Below, piece after piece: positions 1 through 12,300 of a stretch of DNA of 64,000 bases. The stretch lies in assembly GCF_964355755.1 (NCBI RefSeq), contig NC_092672.1, positions 28,588,437-28,652,436 of the forward strand, read 5' to 3'. A model generated the notes under the pieces. The model was not told the DNA's origin. It saw only the letters and a program-made list of their open reading frames with translations, and did not search any database. The translations under genes and the position numbers were made by a program. How positions within the stretch are numbered: the stretch's first letter is position 1; each line of letters starts with the position of its first letter. Source of the DNA: Antedon mediterranea. Its lineage: Eukaryota; Animalia; Echinodermata.

Positions 1-141
1 AATCATCCTTAGACTGATCGTATTAAATTGATAGGTATAATTAAAAATAACCAAATGAAAAAGCTTTTAAACACAACAAAGAGTTAATAGATGTGAACAA
101 ATGGTTTTATTTTATGAGCTTTGTACAATTTTTGTTTACAG

Positions 142-937
142 AAGAATTGTCAGAGTCTAGAATATCACCACCAGCACAAACAAAAAGTAAGTTTCCTTAT
201 CACTATAAAATTACATTTACTAGTTTATGATATTATTTTACTCTGGTTTAGCATAAGCATGCCATCATTTACTTATCGGAAACACACGGTATGAATAAAG
301 TACAAAATATTAACCTACATAATATGTAGTGATAGGCCTATCATGTTTGATACTAAAATAAGTTGATATTATTTACATGTATAATCATTTTTGTATTAAA
401 GGATATCCTACAATGTATTTTGAAAGATTGTTACACGAAGTTTGTAGTTTCTGGGAAGAGCATGGGAGCATTTATCTCTTGAAGTTATTACTATACGAGT
501 ATCGAAGCCACACAAGTTTAATCGCAATACAGAAGGCAGAAGATCCACATACTCTTTTCAATCTACTAGCTGGCTCAGGGATTCTCAACAAATCTGACGT
601 GACTGTTGTTATAGAGGCTGTATACGTGAGTCGTTTAACTGGTTTAAACCAAGTTATCAAAGACCGGGTACCGTCATTTGAAGGATTCGAGAACTTTAAG
701 GTTTGTCAATTCTCAAGAATTCGACAAAATTTGATTAGATTTGGTTTTGAAATAAGTACATCAACAAAGAAATTTATATGTCGTTCCTTCCAACTTCCCT
801 TCAAAGAAGACGACCAATGGGGTTTAATATTTCACCTTGAGTTAAAGGGTCTAATACCAAAATTAGCTCAACAACTTAAAAGCAATGTGATGTATGAGTA
901 TAAAATTCTAACATCGGAGGATAACGTATGTGCATGA
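142..937 (+). CDS. 3' end of a spliced gene with putative C-terminal tandem death-effector (DED-like) domains; exons 142-186 and 402-937, 5' part outside window
   Basis: Acceptor tttacag|142, donor 186|gtaagt and acceptor aag|402 join in phase 1 (..SPPAQTK-R-YPTMYFERLL..). Segments FERLLHEV..LKLLL..PHTLFNLLAGSGIL and FSRIRQNLIRFGFEI..QWGLIFHLELKGLI resemble the DED pattern (recognised by eye). Stop TGA ends at 937. Confidence 0.6.
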
Positions 938-1190
938 TGGATGTTTGTCATTGTGATTGTGGTATTGTTATTCCACTGTAAAAACACTTCAATCAATTTA
1001 TTTGTTCAACAAAATTTGTATTTGAAAAACGAGTCCTATGAAAAATTCAAACGAATTAAAATAGTTATCCTTGAATTATAATACTGTACATCGTTTACAA
1101 ATGTTTTTTTCTTTTTTATTTCCAAACCGATTAACCAAATTGTTAAGTTTAAACTTATTCCTCTAAATGTTTAAATCATTATACATGTTA

Positions 1191-2626
1191 ATATACAAAT
1201 AATGAATGTTTATGAGTGTAATGGTACAAGTAATGGCATGAGGTAAATGATAAAAGGTTATAATATTGTAACCTTTCATCATTCACCAAATGCCATTATT
1301 TGTACCATTACACGGATATAAAACATTTATTATTTGTTTTACATAACATCTAAATAGATTCCTGTCATTTGAATCAAATAAAAGGTAGGCCCAAGGCCCA
1401 AATTTGATTCACATTGATAAAAACAGTAACATTTGGTTTTGAATAATATATTAAATATTATATATATATGGATTTTATAAACACGCATACTGTAGTGTTG
1501 ATTATGTCAACCAAACAATCCTAGGCCTAGCAAGGCTTAAAACACCTAGGCCTAGCCTAGCATAATATCTAACAGGCCTAGCCTAGTTACTAGTTAGGCC
1601 AATTTACACAGACAAGCGGTAACGGTAGGAGGTAATTGTAAGCGAAAAACCGCGTGGCTTTTTCCATTTACACAGCGCGCAGAGTTCGCGAACGGAGTGG
1701 TGCGTGTAGGCCTCGAGGCTAATGCATGTTACAGTCACTGCTGGCCTGGATGTGACTGACTGTCAGTAGGCCTAGCACACACAGGCCTAAGTTTTAGAGG
1801 GAATTGTTGCCTAATAACGTACTAAAATGTATATTTTCTTTTCACTATCCCTATACGAACATTAGTCACGTCGTAGGTGTTTGTATTTCTGAATAAAAAG
1901 AAGAAGAAACTATAGGCTAGGCCTACTACGGCACTCGTATTTATTGTCGTCTTTCACTCGACGCACGCAAAAAAAAATTTGTTGATAGATGACGTCATTT
2001 CAATCATGTCCTTGGTTGGCAAGAATCCATAATTACCGCGCGGTATTTTCACAAAATCGAATCTGTTTCGATCCTGAGCGGATTTCCGCTCAACCGCTCG
2101 TCCGCTCCGCGTTCTGTGTAAATGGTCATAAGAAATAACATAGATTCTATTTTTGCGTTTTCCGCTCAACTTTACCGCTTACCGTTACCGCTCGTCTGTG
2201 TAAATTGGCCTTTAGGCTGAAAGGCAGCAATACCAAATACGAAACTTCGACAGGCAACTGGAACTAATCTAGGCTAATTATGTTTTTTCCAACGATTCCA
2301 CGTGTCCCATTAATAATTCAAAATCCTACAAACGATCTAAAACTAATTTAAATGCCTTTTTTTATCTAAATTAGTACATCAATTATATATCTCTCTCAAA
2401 ATTCTACTTTCATCGCAAAAACAGTCATAACATTCAATCTTTGCGGCGAAAGTACAAAATAGGTGGCGCTGTTGTATTTCAAAAGCAATAGTATAAAAAA
2501 AAATATTTTCCAAACGCGAAAAGATTTTTTTTCGTACTCGATCGTTTAATAGTGCGTACTATTGCACGCCATGTGACCCACAATCGTCCAATCAAATGAC
2601 AGGAATTTATTTAGGTTTTATATAAT
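1191..2626. mobile_element. Non-autonomous element with long terminal hairpin (unclassified, possibly Crypton-like), interrupted by a nested MITE
   Basis: 1191-1380, ~1470-1535 and 2520-2626 match a shorter copy at 7588-7960. Palindrome with ~65-bp arms at the left end. The right end (gacaggaatttatttaggttttatataa) is an inverted copy of ~1338-1370. Confidence 0.65.
1596..2211. mobile_element. PIF/Harbinger-like MITE
   Basis: ~40-bp TIRs aggccaatttacacagacaagcggtaacggta / taccgttaccgctcgtctgtgtaaattggcct in a TTA-type context. Another left end of the family, preceded by TTA, starts at 3133. Confidence 0.8.
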
Positions 2627-3835
2627 TCCGATTATTTCATTATGATTTAAGGCAACAGCATGTATCAACATTGCTATTGATGAACTACAAACTTACATAA
2701 ACTATTCATTACCATTCTGTTGAACATCTTAAAAATTGTATTAAAAAATATTATTAACTTATCAACAAAGACGTTGATTCAATAAAACATTATGTACTTG
2801 TTTATTCATAATTTACCAACATGTTTTTTATTATTTTAATTATTGGATAGTCATGTGGTTAATAGCACTTGTTATTTGTGTTCTCTGGACATGTTACCAA
2901 ACAGTGCATTAGCTTTGTTCATTTCGACCACTTTCCACTGATTGTTTTCAACGTTACTAATAAAATACTGAAAATGAAAAATAGAAATTCGATTCGACTG
3001 CCAAAGTAACCAAGTCGGTCTCGTTTTCTAAGAGCGTAACTATGACATTCATGACCAATACATGTTAATCATATACAATTATTGAAAATTAATTATGTAA
3101 AGTCGAACCGAAGTAGGAATTATTAAGAATTAAGGCCAATTTACATAGACGAGCGGTAATGTATGCGTATTTTTCCCCCCAAAGACTTTCTCTGAAAGAT
3201 ACGTGAAAGATAGCCGAACTACTTCCTAAATATAAATATATTTTCTCACCCGCGATATTTCTTTTCGTAACAAGTTGGGGTCCCTTCATGAAACGTCATA
3301 AAATAAACATGAATATTCATTAGTCATATCCATAAGGTGTGACGTAATACCGGCCTTTTGCCACTTGAGAGTCTCATTTGCACTTCTTAATTAGGCCTAC
3401 AATTAAATTAAATCGTCTAAATTCAAGAATAAAATGTGTTTTTTCAGAAACAGAAATCATTTTAGTTAATAAATTGCTTTTCTATGGTATAGACCCAGAT
3501 GTTTTAAGTTTTAGGGCTATTTTCCGATAGTTGTTAAAGCAACATATCATGATTGTATTTATCTAAATAAATTTATACCGATTTCGTTACCGATTTTGTC
3601 AGTATAAAATGCTATGATATATTGCATCTTCAATTGAATGTCACAAAACAATTCGTATAAACAATTCAAAACAACAGTTTAATTAAAATTAATCAGTAGC
3701 ATTTCAACTGGATGAGAATATAAGGCCTAATTATCTCTATATCGTGATATTAGATGCCAAAATATTGTATACTAGACAGGTGAATCTCAGAAGGTTTAAT
3801 GGATTGGCTCCCCCAGTCACAACAGGCAACAGGCA

Positions 3836-3900
3836 GGGCGGGTGGCAAAGGGCCGGGTGGCAAAGGGCCGAGTGACAAAGGCCAGGAGGCAACGGGCATT
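3836..3900. repeat. Short degenerate ~15-bp tandem repeat (ggcaaagggccgggt)x4
   Basis: Directly visible. Confidence 0.7.
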
Positions 3901-3969
3901 CATTCATCACAATGAATATACTATACTTAGAATTGTAAAAAAATTATAAAAATACAATATTGTGTGTAT

Positions 3970-4230
3970 AATGCATGTGATGGGGAGTTTCGAGGAAAAA
4001 AGGCCACGGGGCGTTTATTTGAAGGGTGTGGGCGGAGTGGTGTGGGCGTTTATTCCAAACGCCGTTTTATGTGCGTGTGTGTGGGCGGGAGGTAGCGGAT
4101 GGAAGACGATCGTCTATTGTATAATACGGCGTTTATTCAGGTTAACACAGTACGTGAATAATGTGATATTTAAAAGTGGATTAAATAACGATTTAAGAGA
4201 GATTCTAACATTTTATAGAGTTATTTATTT
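3970..4230 (+). repeat. Repeat fragment marking the start of the tandem duplication unit; paralogous to 9105-9330
   Basis: Shared atgcatgtg..gaggaaaaaaggc..gcgtttatt..tacgtgaata..gagagatt strings in both places. Confidence 0.6.
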
Positions 4231-4479
4231 GTTAGTTGTCAATTATTTTCATTTATTATTTGGTTAATTTCAAGATGAAAAGTATATAAATGATTGTTTT
4301 ATTTTCATAGCAATTTTTTGTTTATTTCAATACAAGTAAAGCTGCCGAAGCTTATATTAAACACACAACTATAATAACAATATACGCTATTCAATCATTA
4401 CAAAGGGATCCCCGGTCAACTCGTTTTATACAATGGTTTTATGTAAATAGGCCTATGATTGAAAGGCTTGATTCTTCAA

Positions 4480-4545
4480 CCACCAACAGTTGAATACACT
4501 GATTCTCGTAGTAAACTGACGTGGCATGGAAAACCACAACATATG
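4480..4545 (+). promoter_or_regulatory. Putative non-coding first exon / proximal promoter of CAT gene 1 (TGACGTGG site, splice donor at 4546)
   Basis: catggaaaaccacaacatatg|gtaggt is conserved with catggaaaaaacataacatatg|gtaagt (donor 12393) upstream of gene 2. The following intron sequences are also homologous. Confidence 0.6.
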
Positions 4546-5678
4546 GTAGGTAAAACAAATGTTATTTTGATCTGTAACGTGCTTTATGACATGTTTATGT
4601 ATCATTCAATAGACTTAGGCCAATGTCAAGTAAACCTCATTGTAATGATTAAGCCAACTGCGTTGCAATATTCTGTTTATTTTAACTATTGCAATATATA
4701 TATCTCTCTTTGAGCCCGCTGAGTAATTGATCCTATCTGAACACTTGTCACTAACTTTGGTGGGTTGGGCACCAACTTACCCGTGTAATTGAGCATTGAA
4801 CAGGCTCCTTATGAACCTTAATTGTCGCTGTTTCTCCCATGAGATAGGCCTAGATATTGACAAACTAGACCTATCAACATTTGGACCAGTGGATCGCACA
4901 TCATGTCCAACAACAGCTTATACTACCACTAAACAGCATGGACATGTGCACGGCATTCCAAGTTGTCATGATAGTGTAGTGTTTTATCATTGTTTAATTT
5001 CTGGTTTGTTCATTTTGCTGACATCAATAAGTTAGTATGGTAGGTTAATTGTTGTTGCAAATAAACATTATACAATAATGCAATACATAATGTTGTGTAT
5101 AGAACCCCGCTTTAAAGCATAATACAATTAATTTAATTTAAATGTCAATATAGCCTACACATTTGTGAAAATTGAGATATGTTTAGCATATCATGTTTCG
5201 AGTTAAATTGGAGGTAAGAAAATCCAAGTAGGCCTATAGGAACTATAGAACGAGCCTAGAAAAATCTATCGGGAATGGAGTGCATTTTAGTTCGATGTAA
5301 TAGGATTATGATTTATCACATGGTAAGATACAATTAGGCCTACTGGGTTAAATCAATTGCGTATTGGCTTTTTTTGCAGCATGAAAAAGGCCGGCCTGCA
5401 ATCTTTTTTTTTCGTAATGTATGCCTAAAAGTGTTAGAGAAAAATAAAATGTTTACAAAAGCTGAGCGTGCATTAGAATAATTAATTATCACCATTAGAT
5501 ATCACTCTTTCGTTATATATGTAGAACTAACCGTACGGCACGTGATACGTAATTAACCAATGGTGTTAGTTGTTGTTATGGTTATAATGCTTACAGTATT
5601 ATGTATTTTTCAGATTTAGCATACATATTGATTTATGGAATATGCTTCACAACGGTTGAAGAGTTAAATAGCATTAAC

Positions 5679-8506
5679 ATGTCACGGTCGAAAATCTTAA
5701 CAAATATTTCACGAACTAAGTACTTGGATCCATCCGATCTCCAGACAGAATTCAAGAGATGTCTAACAACATCAGATCTGGTCATGGTCGGAATCGGCAA
5801 TATGGTTGGATCTGGAATTTACGTTTTAACTGGAGAGGTAGCAAGAAACGTTGCTGGACCGTCAATAATATTATCATATATAATTGCAGGATTTGTGTCT
5901 TTGATGGCAGCCATTTGTTATGCTGAGTTTGGTGCACGAGTTCCAAAAACAGGTTCTGCTTTTTTGTATGCTTACGTCACTATTGGAGAAGTATGGGCAT
6001 TTTTGATTGGTTGGAATCTCATTCTGGAGTACATTGTAGCGTCAGCCGCAGTCGCATCTGCATGGAGCGGTAGCATTGATCAACTACTTGGAAACCAGAT
6101 AGCAAATTTCACGATAGATTATGTACTGAACGGCGAAGCATGGGAATCCCCTATATTGGGAAAATATCCAGATTTTGTTGCCTGTAGCATAGTATGTATA
6201 CTAGCAGTGGTTGTATGTACTGGGGTTTCATGTTCCTCAAAAGCCATGAACTCCTTTGTTTTTCTTAATGTAACGATAGTCATAGCAATGTTTATAATAT
6301 CTCTGACCAAAGCGGATATTTCAAATTTTAGTGCCGAAGGTGGATTCTTTCCATTTGGTTTCCAGGGTGTTATGGCCGGAGCCGCAACCTGTTTCTTTGC
6401 TTTTGTTGGGTTTGACGTCATAGCTTTGGCAGCCGAAGAAGCTTTAACCCCAAGCAAAAGCATGCCAGTTGCTTCATTATTTTCAGTTGGTATTGTAATT
6501 TGTTTGTACGTTTTAGCTTCAATAACTTTAATATTACTTGTTCCGTATAATGAAGTTGTGCCCAAAGCAGCATTTCCAGCAGCTTTTAAAAACGTTGGTT
6601 ACAGATGGGCTGAATATGTAATTGGTATTGGTACTTTGATTGGAATGAGCTCAACGTTGCTTGGTTCTCTATTTGCTTTACCACGATCTGTTTACGCCAT
6701 GGCCATTGAAGGACTACTTTTCCCATGTTTTGCAGTAGTGAGCAAACGTACACAAATACCAATCATGGCAATTCTCGTCTTTGGATCATTGTCTGCTATA
6801 CTTGCACTCTTGTTTGACATTTCGGCTCTTGTTGAATTCTTATCAATTGGAACATTGATGGCATATGCTATGGTGGCAGCGGCTATAATTGTTGTAAGAT
6901 ATAAACCATCAAATCACCAAGATGCAGACGATGTATTGTCAGATAGTGACACTAATGATAGTTCTTTATACACAGGATCTTTTGTTCCAACCGAACGAAA
7001 GAAATACGGAACTATCAAAGAACCATTTCAGGAGATTCCAGTAATCAGTAACCTTCCACCAGGAAGAGCTGTTTGCATCTGTTACTTTCTCTCGGTTGTA
7101 TTTCAATTTCTAACAGTTTTAATTGTCATTTCAAATGATATGTCAAATTGGTGGGCGATTATGCTGGCCTTGGTATTTGCAGTGTTAGCCATTCTGACAT
7201 TTATTCCAATACCACTCCACAACCAAAACGAAGATATCGCAACATTTAAGGTAGCATATGTGATTTTATTCTACAAACAAAATAATATTTTAAAGTTTTT
7301 ATTTTAAAAGCATGCATGTGTACTTATATTTTCATAATGCACATTATAAAAATACTTTGCCATGAGGGTCTGTGGTTAGAACTCTGTGCTGAGGTGTCTT
7401 AAATAATAGGCCTATAGCTATAGCTTCAGGAACAAACACATAGTGTTGACCTAAAACTCTGTATATTTGTATAGTGTTCTAGTTTAAATTTACTATTTTG
7501 TCCGAAGCGCCAAAGTAGTAAATCTACAGTTTGTCACGTGATGTTCTTTCAACCAATCACTAGACGATAAATGATGATAATCTATTAGTATACAAACAAT
7601 GAATGTTTTATATTCGTGTAATGGTACAAACAATGGCATGAGGTGAATGATGAAAGGTTGATATTTAACTTTCATCATTCACCAAATGCCATTATTTGTA
7701 CCATTACACGAATATAAAACAATCATTATTTATTTTATATAATCTAAATAGATACCTGTCATGGATTTTATAAATGCACCTACTGCTAGTGTTAATTATG
7801 TCAACAAACGACCAAACAATCCTAGGTCTAGCAAGGCTAGATTTTTTTTTCGTACACGAAAAAAAGTACTATTAAACGATCGTTTAATAGTGCGTACTAT
7901 TGCACGCCATGTGACCCACAATCGTCCAATGAAATGAATTTATTTAGGTATTAAATAAAATGTATTATATTCGTATTGAGATAATAAGTTCCTTTTTTGA
8001 TAATGATGCACTTATCCCATTGCAGGTGCCATTTGTACCGTACTTCCCAGCACTGAGTGTGCTCTTCGACATTTTTCTGTTAGTGAAATTACAAGCATTA
8101 ACCTGGCTTCGGTTTATCGTCTGGGTAACTATAGGTAAGGTCCATTGATATGGTTTTAAAAGTACATTTGTTCCACAGGGCCTATTTCTGCTTAACATGT
8201 GGAAGAAAACTAGTGATCTGTTCGTGGTTGTTTGTGTAAAGGTGTCAATATTATCCAATGGTAGTAGTCAGATGTTTGCGCCATTAAATACCTTTTAATT
8301 TCTAAAACATTACAGAGTTTTATTTTTACTTTATTCTTAAAGGGTTGCTGATATATGGATTTTATGGCTATCATCACAGTGTAGAAGGAAAGAAAATAAC
8401 GTCGGACGGTGAAAAAAAAGATTACCAGAGAATGTCAAGCGACCCAAACCCAATTCACTACGGGACAATTGAGATGAGTAAACTATCAACAAGTAAATTA
8501 GATTAG
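5679..8506 (+). CDS. Cationic amino acid transporter family, SLC7A4-like (gene 1); coding exons 5679-7250, 8026-8134, 8343-8506
   Basis: CAT motifs [60 protein letters not shown]. Canonical GT-AG junctions in phase. Acceptor at 5614 precedes ATG 5679; TAG ends at 8506. Confidence 0.93.
7588..7960. mobile_element. Internally deleted copy of the hairpin-terminated element, in an intron of gene 1
   Basis: Matches 1191-1380, ~1470-1535 and 2520-2626. Absent from the equivalent 141-bp intron of gene 2. Confidence 0.7.
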
Positions 8507-9329
8507 ATTTAAATCTTTTAATTGACGATGAGGCAAAGAGGCTGAAAAAATGATTTCATTTATAGCGTAATTGGATAAAAAGTATTTGTCTAGACGACCA
8601 TTTCATATGGCTGACATCACATTAAAATGAACCAAAACAACAGTAATTCTTGACCTCATTGGACATTTCAACACAGATCGTTTTAATTATATCACATTTC
8701 TAATATATATAGAGTAATTTTTCTTTGTATAATGTCATGTGACCATGTCAAAGAGCAAATTATCTTAAAGATATGTAGGCCTATCGCCTGGTAAAACAGT
8801 AGGTCATAAATTAGCAGCTTGAATAGATTTTACTGGTTAATCAGGCGGGTTTATGAAGTCAAAATAATATTATGTACATTTATATTAATTGTTATTTAAT
8901 GCATGCTGGACTTAGTGGTTAATGGTGTAATTTACGTTTTATATAAAATCAAAATATTAATTTTTCTAAATAAAATTTTTTTTTTATCTACTGTTACATT
9001 TGAACCTCTGTACTGTATCTCATTTAAGCCTGTTTTTCCACTAGGCGAGTTTATCCGCGCAAATCAATAGCATTACGACGCATGCGTATTCATACAGTCA
9101 TTCTATGCATGTGGCGGGGTGTTTATTCGAGGGAAAAAGGCTCGGGGCCTTTATCCGAACGATGTACTGTGCGGGAGGGGGAATGTGGAGGCGTTTATTC
9201 AAGGGGAAATTTATTGAAAGCGGGACGTTTATTCGAATAAATACGATACGTGAATAGTCTGAAAGTCGATCAAATATTGATTTGTGAGAGATTATAGCAT
9301 TTCTATAGTTCCTGTATTCATCTGTTAGT

Positions 9330-12300
9330 ATACAGATATTGTCTGCTTAGAGGTAAAATATAAGATTTGACTTACCTTTGACTCAAAAATGATAAAAACA
9401 CATTTTCGGGTCAAATTATTCTTTAAAATGTCAATGGAATAACTGTATGATCAAATGAAAGCATATACAATATGCTAACCACTGCTACCCAACTTGTATT
9501 GAAAATATTTAATTATGAAGCTATTTAAAAAGAAATGTGCATAATATGATTACTTTTATAAAAAAAATAATTAATATTTGGTTTATATAATAATTTTATT
9601 TATATAATATTAAAAAATGTAAGTGTTTGGAAGAATTTGGCATCAAATGAAAGCCCATAAAATATTTTATTCATTGCTACCCAACTTGTATAATTGAAAA
9701 TCTGTAATTATGATGCAAATTTTTTTTGAAAAATATGCATATTTTATTCATTTTTGACAAAAATGAATATACTAGATAGTGTAAATTTATTTTGGTCTAT
9801 TTATAATATTATATAATTCAAATGTTTGGAAGAAATATTTGGTATCGGAGGAAAGCACATAACATATGCTATCCATTGCTACACAACTTGTATTGAAAAT
9901 CTTTAATTATATGATGCTTTTTTTGTGGAAAATGTGAATATTTTTTATTAATTTTAGACAAAAATGAGTATAAATTAGTATAAATTTATTTTGCGTTGTA
10001 ATTCGATCTAGTGTATAAAAAATAAAAGCCCATAAAATATGCTTCTACCCAACATGTATTACAAATTATAACGTTAACTTTTTTGAAAATGACAAAAATG
10101 AGTATACAGTAAGTAGGTGTTAGTGTTAGTTCCGCATTTACACATCAACCAGCCTACGCCCTGTGATTGCGATCGTAAAACCAAAAATGCCCAAAATCGC
10201 TTATCAAAACAATAACAACAAAAAAGGCATATATCCACTAATCCCTCATTATTTAACCCTAAACCTTTCGTTGTAAAGTGGATTGCCTGATTAAAATGAG
10301 TTAATAATAACATACGTTGTAGTCTGATGACGCCAGTCTTTTTGTAGTGTGCCATTTGTATTTTAAAAGAAGTATTTAGAGTTGAAAAAAAAGTTAAGTG
10401 GATGGCGCCCGGCATTACAAAACATTCAAATCCAATGATAAAAGGAAGGTAGGCCTTATATGTGCTTCAATTCAATCTTCTTCAATAATTCGTTTCACGG
10501 TCTATCGATAACCCGTGATGAACCCATTAGGCATATAGGCCTATGACTAATATTCGATATGCCAAACACAGGTGTTGAATGAGATATAAACAGCGAGTTT
10601 CTGTATACTCTACTAACTTTTTGAAATGGATTTATTTATAGAAATTTCATCACAAAAAGAACAGAGCTGAGTTTAGGCAGGAGATGAATATTAATTATAG
10701 AATTCTTAGCGCTCTTTATCCATTATTTTCAACATATTATTTTCTAAAAATAAGAGTTACCAATATATATGTTTCAAATAACAAGTACTAACATGAGATA
10801 CATAAGTCTTGCCTGATTATGAGTAATCATCTTATTATTTATTTATTGTGAAAATTGTTAATAAATGCTGTCACAGAATAAATACTCCTTACACTAAGTT
10901 CAGTTTTTTGCTATGAACTTTTGACTCTGTCTTGTTTAAAAAAAAAATAATATCTATCTATTTATTTTATAAAAGCAGAATATTTCATGGGTGGGCGGAA
11001 AACGAGACAAAACATAAAAAAGCGGGACAATTCCACCAAAAGCTGAACAACTCCGCCAAAAGCGGGACAGTTGCAATCTATGGTTGGTGGTTCATGTTTC
11101 AGTCGTAGGCCTACAATTTCATTCATTCATTTCATTCGTTTTTATTTCACAATGCATCAAACTTCATAAGTTATTACATTTTTCTAAAAAATTAATACAA
11201 TATGCACATTTTTCAAATGTTATAGGCTTTCATTTGATACCAAATAGTTCTTCCAAACACTTAAATTATTTAATTATATAAATAAACACAACAATTACGC
11301 TACCAAATATTCATTTTTTTAATAAAAATAATCAAATTATGCACATTTTCCAAATAACTAGCTTATACATACATTAACAATTTCAATACAAGTTGGGTAG
11401 CAGTGGGTAGCATATTGTATATGCTTTCATTTGATACCATACATGTCCATTGACATTTAGAATAGATATAAGAATAATTGAACCCGAAATGTGTTCTGTT
11501 CATTTTTGGGTCAAAGGTCAGTAAAAGCAATTCCGGGTATTTTTTCGCTAACAGTTGTGTTAGACTGAATATAAATATGTATATTCTGAACAATTTTACA
11601 CCAAAAGCAAAAAAAGTGGTTGACGAGATATAAAAACCACACATTTTAAACATTTGACCCCAATTTTGGTCATGTTCGCCCCGGATGCATACAAATCTGA
11701 CCCAGGTCCTAGACTATAATTACTAATTAATGATTGCTTGGCAATAAAGTATTCATTTAGGTCTAGGTCGTTTAAATAATAACAGAAGAATTTCCATCAA
11801 TAAGCCTACATTAATAATAAAAATATTATTATCAGTAGTATAGGCCGAATTAATAACAATTCATCTTCTTCGAGCACAATCACCGGATGTTCAGCGCGCC
11901 TCGTGTACCAGATTACTACCGTGAGTATTGACCAATCACAAACGGTCTTTCGTCACATCTATGATGGAAGGGCGAATAACAAATGAGGGCGCTATGTATG
12001 CATAGTTTAAATTGTTTAGTTGATTAATTTTTTCAAGCAAGTTACATGGCGTAAAAAGTTGTCGCGTGATGATGTGGACTAATCTTCGCGAGTTCAAGTC
12101 TCAGTAGATGACTTTTGTTTATTTATCGCCAAACGCGAGTGTTGCCACTCGAAAATTACATAGTCAATATCATCGTACTCGAGAATTTACTGGATGTTAT
12201 ATGTTTAATGATAGGGACACGATAATGATGCGAAAATATACGATTTACGATCATCGCAGCAGTAGTTATGTGATGCAGTCTCAACCAATCACATGTAATA
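9330..12300. mobile_element. ~3-kb composite insertion upstream of gene 2, including long inverted arms (~9375-9700 vs ~11170-11520) with internal ~190-bp tandem units
   Basis: The gene-1 upstream sequence atttgttagttgtcaattatttt (~4226) is split in the gene-2 copy into atctgttagt (9320-9329) and tagttgtctattcttt (12301). Arms share tgctacccaacttgtattgaaa in opposite orientations. Confidence 0.6.

Noticed and set aside
5601-5678. N-terminal extension of gene 1 from ATG 5601 (and GTG 13104 for gene 2)
   Set aside because: ATG 5601 lies in the polypyrimidine tract upstream of the 5614 acceptor; paralog similarity starts at ATG 5679/13116.
6119-6565. Antisense ORFs over CAT exons (also 13517-13789, 24763-25359, 34220-35413, 41345-41584, 53249-53482)
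   Set aside because: Shadow ORFs of hydrophobic coding sequence with no independent signals.
10494-10520. Another short palindromic footprint (cacgg..ccgtg)
   Set aside because: No flanking duplication; the context resembles an inverted LINE tail.
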